DNA of 64,000 nucleotides, from positions 1,899,630-1,963,629 of the forward strand of contig AP023240.1 of NCBI GenBank assembly GCA_016592635.1, in the 5' to 3' direction. Origin of the DNA: Methyloprofundus sp. (GTDB lineage: Bacteria; Pseudomonadota; Gammaproteobacteria; Methylococcales; Methylomonadaceae). Shown here one piece after another: positions 57,950 through 64,000 of the stretch (the first letter of the stretch is position 1; every line of letters starts with the position of its first letter). Position numbers and translations under genes: made by a program. A model generated the notes under the pieces. It was not told the origin of the DNA and made no database searches. It worked only from the letters and a program-made list of their open reading frames with translations.

Positions 57950-59344
57950 GGGTGAGGCTTAAATATAATGTTATTTCTCATGATTTAATATAAAATCCCC
58001 ATCTTTACTATCACATTATTTTTCTCTACCCATGACAACTATCATCCACAATGTTGACGGAAGCATCACCGTATCAGTTACTTTAGCTCTGGAAGGCAAT
58101 ATGATGGAAATGGAAAACACGATACTGGATGCGGTCAATAGCGTAGGATGCGTAGCCACAGGCGAAGCTTTAAAATGCTTTGATACAAAGGGTACTCCGA
58201 TTATAAGAGAGGGTGTAAAACTCACGTCTAAAAACAGAGACAGCAAAAAATATCAAACGCCCTTTGGTGTCATTGAAATTAAACGTCATGTTTACCAATC
58301 GTCAAAAGGAGGGCATATTTTTTGTCCATTAGAAGACTCGGCGCATACTATTTTTGCAGCGACTCCTAAATTTGCACAGCAATTGTCCCACAAGTATTCC
58401 CAAGGAAATGCCAATTCAGTTTGTCTTGATTTGAAGAATAATCACAACCGGATCATTGCCAAATCCACGATACAAAATGTAACGAACTGGGTAGGAAGTA
58501 TTGCGACAGCACAAGAAGAAAAGTGGGAGTATGAGCTGCCTGAATTAGATGAACCCATTAGTACGATTGTTTTCAGTTTAGATGGTGCTTATGTTTTAAT
58601 GGCAAACGAAGGTTACCGTGAAGCAATGGTTGGTAACCTGTCTTTGTATGACTGCGAGGGTGAACGCCAGCATACTCTCTACTTGGGAGAAGCGCCTGAA
58701 TATGGGAAGGCAAGTTTCAAAGAGCGGTATGAGCATGAAATCACCTGCATAAAAGCCCGTTACCCCGATGCACTTTATCTTGGTATTGCGGATGGAGCCA
58801 AAGATAACTGGACATTTTTAGAACAACATACTCAGCAACAATTGGTTGATTTTTATCATGTCACTGAATATTTAGCAAAAGCCTCTCATGCTGTTTTTCC
58901 AAAAAAATCAACGGCTATTAATCGTAAAAAATGGCTGTCAGATCGTTGTTCCCAACTCAAGAATGACACAGGGGCGGCGCAAACCATTTTAGAAGAATTA
59001 ACGCCATTAATGGAATCTAGGCTCACCAAATCAATCAAGGCGGATTTAGAAACAACGCTCACCTATTTTAAAAATAATATCGCTAAAAACAGGATGAATT
59101 ATGCCTCACATGTTAATAAAAATTTACCGATTGGTTCGGGCGTGACAGAAGCAGCTTGTAAAACATTAGTTAAACAGCGGCTTTGTGGCTCAGGTATGAG
59201 ATGGAAAACAAAAGGAGCTAAAGTTGTATTGAGTTTACGTGCATTAGTTCAAACAACAAATAGGTGGCAACAATTTTGGGAGAAAATTATTCAAGGTGAG
59301 GCTCAATATTTAATGGCCTAATACATCATATTAAAGCCTCACCC
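57950..59344 (+). mobile_element. ISKra4-like insertion sequence (1395 bp)
   Basis: Terminal inverted repeats are GGGTGAGGCTTAAATATAATGT (from 57950) and ACATCATATTAAAGCCTCACCC (to 59344). The 8-bp direct repeat TTCTCATG lies at 57942-57949 and 59345-59352. Confidence 0.85.
58032..59321 (+). CDS. ISKra4-family transposase
   Basis: 429 aa, apparently intact. The C-terminal GSGVTEAACKTLVKQRLCGSGMRWKTKGAKVVLSLRAL matches the ISKra4-type signature as I remember it. Confidence 0.75.
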   Translation: MTTIIHNVDGSITVSVTLALEGNMMEMENTILDAVNSVGCVATGEALKCFDTKGTPIIREGVKLTSKNRDSKKYQTPFGVIEIKRHVYQSSKGGHIFCPLEDSAHTIFAATPKFAQQLSHKYSQGNANSVCLDLKNNHNRIIAKSTIQNVTNWVGSIATAQEEKWEYELPELDEPISTIVFSLDGAYVLMANEGYREAMVGNLSLYDCEGERQHTLYLGEAPEYGKASFKERYEHEITCIKARYPDALYLGIADGAKDNWTFLEQHTQQQLVDFYHVTEYLAKASHAVFPKKSTAINRKKWLSDRCSQLKNDTGAAQTILEELTPLMESRLTKSIKADLETTLTYFKNNIAKNRMNYASHVNKNLPIGSGVTEAACKTLVKQRLCGSGMRWKTKGAKVVLSLRALVQTTNRWQQFWEKIIQGEAQYLMA

Positions 59345-59985
59345 TTCTCATGCCTCCAAAATTACGCAGCAAAGGACGCTTTCAAAGTATTGGTAAGCTG
59401 GGGGAATGGGCTGAAAAGATGTTACATGTTTTTGCTGTCGAAGGTCAAGCTGAAGAAGGGAGTCAACTAGCTAAGCTACGCAAAGCATTCCCGCACTTCA
59501 GTCAATCAAAAGACTTTATTATGCGGTTTGCATCCACGACAAAAATCATTTCTCAAGTGATGGAAATTCTTAAGAATAACGGACTTGATAAAACCACTTA
59601 TAAACGATGTTTTGAACTTTCAAGAAAACTCCCGAGAAACTCAAAAGTAAAAAAGTGTTTACAAACTTGGTTAAAGAACCACTTTGCGCTTCAGAAGAAA
59701 CTGACGCCTCACCCTTTACTGGTCAGTAGTGATATTATCGAATCGCTTTTTGGAAACTTTAAGCATATTATTGAGAGAAGTCCACAGGCAGACATGAACC
59801 GTACAGTGCTGCTTATCCCTGCATTGTGCGGGAAGTTGACGGGTAGTGCCGTAACACAGGCATTAAGACAGACATCTCAGGCTGATATTAAAGCATGGGA
59901 GAAAAAACATATTTCTTATACAGTGCGAAAAAAACGGCATGCATTTTTCAATAAAAATGCTAGCCAAAATACGGGGAATACTTAG
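59345..59985 (+). pseudogene. transposase of element H, 3' part
   Basis: After removing the nested elements and one copy of each duplication, ...MRQTELAFL joins MPPKLRSKGRFQSIGKLGEW in frame. Confidence 0.65.
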
Positions 59986-60024
59986 GCAGCCTAAAAGGTA
60001 CTTTTCGACAGCCTAGGTACAGGC

Positions 60025-60853
60025 TTATTGATGGTTGTTGTTTAATTTGTTGCTAGCCCCAATTATTCGTTTAAATATTACCCTATATTCATCAGGGCAT
60101 ATACTGGACTCAAAAATATTACATTTAATATTATTTTCTTTTATAGCAGAATAAATTTTATTTTTTGTATCTTGGCTAATTCTATAACCAAAATAGATAG
60201 CTGTTATCATTTCTTTTGGCAGATAAAATAAGACAACATTATTATCGTATTGATCTTTGTTTTTGTTCTTTTCCCCCTGTGATAGAGTACGAAACACTCT
60301 TACCTCCTCTTCGTAAGCCCATTCCAAAGGTTTTTCACCAAACATTTTCTGATACAATTTTCGCTTTTCCGTAGGCTTTACTTTTATTCTTTTACTTGAA
60401 TAATTTACTGAAATTGGCTCTGTAATATTACCATCCATATCAGGTAATTTAAAAAACTCATGATTATCATCAAATGCTAAAACAAACCCTTTTCCCTCAT
60501 TTGTATAATGGGACCACATTAATAAGCTATGTTCAGTCCTTGATAAAGAAAGTATCCCAAGCTTGTCATTATGCCCTGACATAAACTCTTGTCCTACAAC
60601 ATTGGCATTAAATTTTTTATCAGAGCTGTTTAATAATTCATCTCTTGCCTTCTCTAACTCTCTTGCTGGAAAATTTTTTGTTTCGGAGAGATTTTTAAAA
60701 TCATCCTCTATCTTTAATATAATTTTTTCTTTTTGAACACTCATATCTATTAACGGATAGGCTTCAAATGGGTCATTAAGAGAAAAAAAAGGAGTAAATC
60801 TTATTTTTAATTTTTCTAAAATATCTACTCTGTCTTCTTCTACATATTTATAT
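60025..60853 (-). pseudogene. DUF2971-family protein gene separated from its start codon by IS66 insertion
   Basis: The frame is open upstream of the track start to 60852 (YKYVEEDRVDILEKLKIRFTPFFSLNDPFEAYPLID-MSVQ...). It carries the DUF2971-like blocks NDPFE and LLMWSHYTNEGKGFVLAF. ATG-CTA lies beyond the IS at 62533-62528. Confidence 0.7.
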
Positions 60854-62519
60854 GTAAATATTCAGACCCCTTAATGATTATTTAAAAAAAGTTGCCAAAT
60901 CTACTAAGAAAGTTGTACAAACCGAAGAACAAGCAGTAACATTCATACCATGCAACTCACCTGCCATGACTTAAGCCAGCTTAATGAAGAAGAGCTTCTA
61001 AATTTATCCGAAGAGGAATTGCGTCGCTTGTCGATAAAGTTGCTCAATGATTTAAAAGAAGCTCGCGAATGTTTAAGCCAAAGCTCACGAAATAGCTCTC
61101 GTCCACCCAGTAGCGATGCTCCTTGGGATAAATATGCCAACGATCAAAAAAGTAACGAAGAGCTGGTCGAACCTGAAGAAGAAACAGAAAGCCCTGGTAA
61201 AAAGCTTGAGGATAAAGTAAAAAGTCCCTCGCCAGAGCCTCAAAAGCAGGACTCGGAAAACCCCTTACGAAAGCCCGGGAAGCAGCCGGGAGCGCAAGGT
61301 TTCGGGCGCCAACAAAAAATTGTAATTACGGACTATCAACACCACTATCCTCAGTTTTGTGCCTGTTGCAGTCAGCCATTAAAGACAGATTCGGCAATAG
61401 CCTATACCGCCTTTGAAACCCTTGATATTGAATGGGCAGATACTCTGCATCCTGGTATATACCTGACAAATACCAAGCATGTCCTATATGAAACAACGTG
61501 CTCCTGTCATCACATCACGCGCAAAGAAGTTCATCGATCAAGCCATGAGTCACTGCCTGAGATCAGTTGCAGTGAATGGCGACTTGTTGGCCCTGGTCTC
61601 GCATCCTTGATTGTCTGCCTTAGCTATCGCATGCGCTTATCACGTGAGCGGGTACAGGAATTTTTGCACGATTGGCTAGGGATACGACTCAGTATCGGGA
61701 CGATTAATAATACGCTTCATGAAAGTGGCGCTGCCGCGATGCCGATTGAAGAGGAGCTCGTACAAGAAATCGTCAATAACGAATTGCTGCACGTAGATGA
61801 AACGTCTTGGATGGAGCTCACGACATTTCTATGGTTATGGGTCTTTACCACCGACAGCGTAACTGCCTATTGGATTGCCTCTCGCAGTGCCGAACTCATT
61901 GAGAATATATTGGGTGAAGACTATGTCGGCTGGCTAATGAGTGATGGTTATCAGGTCTACCGACGATACCCGAACCGTATGCGCTGTTGGGCGCATTTGC
62001 TACGAAAAGCAGAGGGGCTGAAAGAAAGCCTTGATAAAGAAGCGCAACTCTTTGGTAGGCAAACACTTGATTTATTAGGTATGTTAATCACTTCAGTACG
62101 AGATGCAAGAAATCAGCACCCGGACGAACCACTATCAAAGACCTACCAATTACAGCTACTGGTCTATCAGCAACTATGCGTACAAATGCAATCGCATACT
62201 CACAAAAAATCGGCTGCACTGGCCACGGAAATGCTCAATGATTGGGAGGCTATTTTTCGCGTATTGGATTACCCTCAATACCCATTAACGAATAATGAAG
62301 CTGAACGGGCTTTGCGGCATTGGGTCATCTTGCGGGGCATTTGCTATGGTACGCGGACAGAAGAAGGCTCTCGCGTATTTGCCATTTTAATCAGTGTCAT
62401 TGAAACGTGTCGAAAAAGAAACCAATCGCCCTGGGTTTATTTGGCAGCTGTCATAGCTAGTCAACGGACAGGTAGTGCGGTTCCAGCATTGCCTAGTATT
62501 AAGGTCTCTGAATAATTAC
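60854..62519 (+). mobile_element. IS66-family element, single-ORF type (1666 bp)
   Basis: Ends GTAAATATTCAGACC and GGTCTCTGAATAATTAC form imperfect inverted repeats. The direct repeat TATTTATAT lies at 60845-60853 and 62520-62528. No tnpA or tnpB accessory ORFs are present. Confidence 0.8.
60950..62515 (+). CDS. IS66-family transposase
   Basis: 521 aa with HVDETSW, LMSDGYQVY and RCWAHLLRK blocks. It has an N-terminal leucine-zipper and acidic region. Confidence 0.88.
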   Translation: MQLTCHDLSQLNEEELLNLSEEELRRLSIKLLNDLKEARECLSQSSRNSSRPPSSDAPWDKYANDQKSNEELVEPEEETESPGKKLEDKVKSPSPEPQKQDSENPLRKPGKQPGAQGFGRQQKIVITDYQHHYPQFCACCSQPLKTDSAIAYTAFETLDIEWADTLHPGIYLTNTKHVLYETTCSCHHITRKEVHRSSHESLPEISCSEWRLVGPGLASLIVCLSYRMRLSRERVQEFLHDWLGIRLSIGTINNTLHESGAAAMPIEEELVQEIVNNELLHVDETSWMELTTFLWLWVFTTDSVTAYWIASRSAELIENILGEDYVGWLMSDGYQVYRRYPNRMRCWAHLLRKAEGLKESLDKEAQLFGRQTLDLLGMLITSVRDARNQHPDEPLSKTYQLQLLVYQQLCVQMQSHTHKKSAALATEMLNDWEAIFRVLDYPQYPLTNNEAERALRHWVILRGICYGTRTEEGSRVFAILISVIETCRKRNQSPWVYLAAVIASQRTGSAVPALPSIKVSE

Positions 62520-62661
62520 TATTTATATAGCATAAAATCAGGTATCCTTAATACAGGTAAAGTAACCAAAGAGGTCAAACACCAATACCGCTTCCAATAT
62601 ATACCTAAAGCGATGAAAGTATAGATATTGTATGTAATTTTCCCTCTATTTCTATAAATAA

Positions 62662-63512
62662 CTAGTACCGTCCCCCTTAAATAATTAATAATATATCTAT
62701 GCGGTCAACGCCTTCCCTTTGTATGTCCATTTGAATGGTTTGGCCATCGTTTCATTAAAGTAATCCATGAAATTTTGAATTTTGTCTTTCAAGTCCTGCT
62801 GTGAAACAAAATTGCCTCGCCTGATGACTTTTTTCATTAATATTCCAAACCAGATTTCAATCTGGTTCATCCATGAAGCATGCTTAGGTGTATAGTGAAG
62901 TACAATACGCCTATTGCCTATCATCAGGTACTCCTCCCGTGTTTTCATTGATTGTAATATGCCACTTTTACCTTTCACTCCAAGCTCTTGAGTGTCATTA
63001 CAAAAGTCTGCAACAAAGCGCACAAGAGTTTCCGATTTATGGGTATTTAATTGGTCAGCGATAAAATGATAAACTTTCTTTTCTGGGTTTTTCTCAATCA
63101 GATATTTGATCGACTCAACAAAATCGATCTCAGTTCGTGTTTCTTGAATCAAACCATCTATAACTCCTGTTGCCACATTAAACCCTCCTAAAAGTGTTTG
63201 CGTGCCATGACGCTCATATTCAAATTCGATAGATTGAACTTGACCCGCTCTCATTGGCAAATCGGGGGAAATTCGTTCCAATGCCTGAATACCTGTCATT
63301 TCATCAACACTGATAAAAAGTTCTTCTGACGTTTTCAGAGAATTTGCATAAAGGTTACAAATATCTGTGATTCTTTCTTCTTTTGTAGGTTTGCCACATG
63401 TTTTTCTTTAGTCGGCTTTAGCCGATTAACGACTTTCAGTCGTAAGTCAAACTATGGATCTTTTAGTCCATAGTTTGTTGATTTATTAATTATTTAGAGG
63501 GCGAGGTACTAG
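62662..63512 (-). mobile_element. internally deleted IS630/Tc1-mariner family element (851 bp)
   Basis: About 30-bp imperfect terminal inverted repeats: CTAGTACCGTCCCCCTTAAATAATTAATAA (62662-62691) and the complement of 63483-63512 (CTAGTACCTCGCCCTCTAAATAATTAATAA). It is too short for a full copy. Confidence 0.75.
62697..63397 (-). pseudogene. IS630-family transposase lacking the N-terminal DNA-binding region
   Basis: HASWMNQIEIWFGILMKKVIRRGNF...FKWTYKG is the IS630 C-terminus. The frame is open upstream of the track start (CGKPTKEERITDICNLYANSLKTSEELFISVDE-MTGIQ). It has no start or HTH part. Confidence 0.8.
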
Positions 63513-63597
63513 CTATAATTGATTTATGGATATTACCATTTGTATCAAGCAGTATTAGGGACAGGCACCTTTATATATCTATCGTGCTTAATTGTAT

Positions 63598-63999
63598 TTA
63601 CTGAGCTTCAACAAGCTCTACCCCAGACTTATCTAATAGTTTTGCTAGTGCACCATCACACTCCATATATTGCTGGTCAAACTCTTTTTTTAGTCCCTGA
63701 TAGGCGACAGGGCAATTCGCCAATCCGAAGTGCGCGATAGCGCGCGAGGGAGGCAAGAATTGCATTACGAATAGCCGTCCAGCCATTTGAGGTAGCAATG
63801 ACGAAGCGGCTTTGTGCGTAGTCGTTGCGGACGCAGGGCGTTCAGGGCATCTCCTATCCGCTGCGTAGGTGAAAGAATTCAGGTGACAGGAGTCCCTGAA
63901 TTTCGTGAAGTAGCATGGCGCGCCTGCAAAATCTAAAAATTTATCTTTATCCTTGGGGTGAAGATACTTTTTTTCACCTGCTTCTGGGTCAGCAGCACT
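63598..63999 (-). CDS. 3' end of an unidentified gene running off the window edge
   Basis: The frame is continuously open from 63999 to TAA at 63598-63600 (...PEAGEKKYLHPKDKDKFLDFAGAPCYFTKFRDS...RAIAHFGLANCPVAYQGLKKEFDQQYMECDG...). No family recognised. The DNA is visibly more G+C-rich from 63700 to 63950. Confidence 0.35.
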   Translation of the reverse strand, partial: SAADPEAGEKKYLHPKDKDKFLDFAGAPCYFTKFRDSCHLNSFTYAADRRCPERPASATTTHKAASSLLPQMAGRLFVMQFLPPSRAIAHFGLANCPVAYQGLKKEFDQQYMECDGALAKLLDKSGVELVEAQ

Positions 64000-64000
64000 A

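Larger units (their letters stand above)
53854..60016 (+). mobile_element. unclassified IS (host element H) carrying three nested IS insertions
   Basis: 14-bp terminal inverted repeat CTAGGCTGTCGAAA (53854-53867 and complement 60003-60016). It is flanked by the 7-bp direct repeat GTACAGG (53847-53853 and 60017-60023). Confidence 0.75.

Noticed and set aside
60783-60790. Suspected frameshift in the A8/T8 run inside the DUF2971 gene.
   Set aside because: Recounting by coordinates shows the frame is continuous through the run (...RFTPFFSLNDPFE...). The only lesion is the IS66 insertion.
63823-63900. GTGCG at 63823 followed by structured G+C-rich sequence, considered as a group II intron 5' end.
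   Set aside because: A 5-nt match is not evidence. There is no recognisable domain I or domain V sequence and no reverse-transcriptase ORF within the remaining 180 nt. The region is also covered by an open minus-strand frame.

Overview
AT-rich (about 40% G+C by eye) gammaproteobacterial-type chromosome segment. No tools were run: all family names come from motifs I recognise, and no BLAST or HMM search was possible. Positions 1-46200 are ordinary chromosome. They hold ftsK, a group of secreted proteins (GlcG/HbpS-like, PF09826-type beta-propeller, lipoprotein alpha/beta-hydrolase) and two RND efflux loci. One RND locus is MFP-RND followed by the hydrolase with no outer-membrane factor; the other is a complete OMF-MFP-RND. 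This part also holds a short type II secretion operon gspD-E-F-G, a di-haem cytochrome c peroxidase, vapBC and mltD. Further along are two tandem SRPBCC (MxaD-like) paralogues plus a YVTN beta-propeller, two PAS-GGDEF-EAL proteins with a periplasmic binding protein, a ypjD-like gene, dtd, a ZIP transporter and an SNase-like nuclease. One IS4-family element sits inside a REP-like palindrome. A 119-bp MITE-like insert abuts the start codon of the second SRPBCC copy. From about 46.3 kb the window is heavily colonised by insertion sequences. There is an IS debris patch (46.3-48.3 kb) next to a KfrA-like gene. A four-deep nested IS stack lies at 53.85-60.02 kb, and its insertion order can be read from the target-site duplications. 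An IS66-type element splits the start codon off a DUF2971 gene, and an internally deleted IS630 derivative follows. A housekeeping islet lies between these IS regions: class V aminotransferase, pyrF, DUF3047 and an ArsS-family radical SAM gene. I saw no rRNA, tRNA or CRISPR array. I did not find an unambiguous novel multi-gene system. The best candidates for follow-up are the DUF3047 / radical-SAM pair without ars genes, the MFP-RND-lipoprotein hydrolase module, the SRPBCC x2 / YVTN module and the binding-protein / GGDEF-EAL module.
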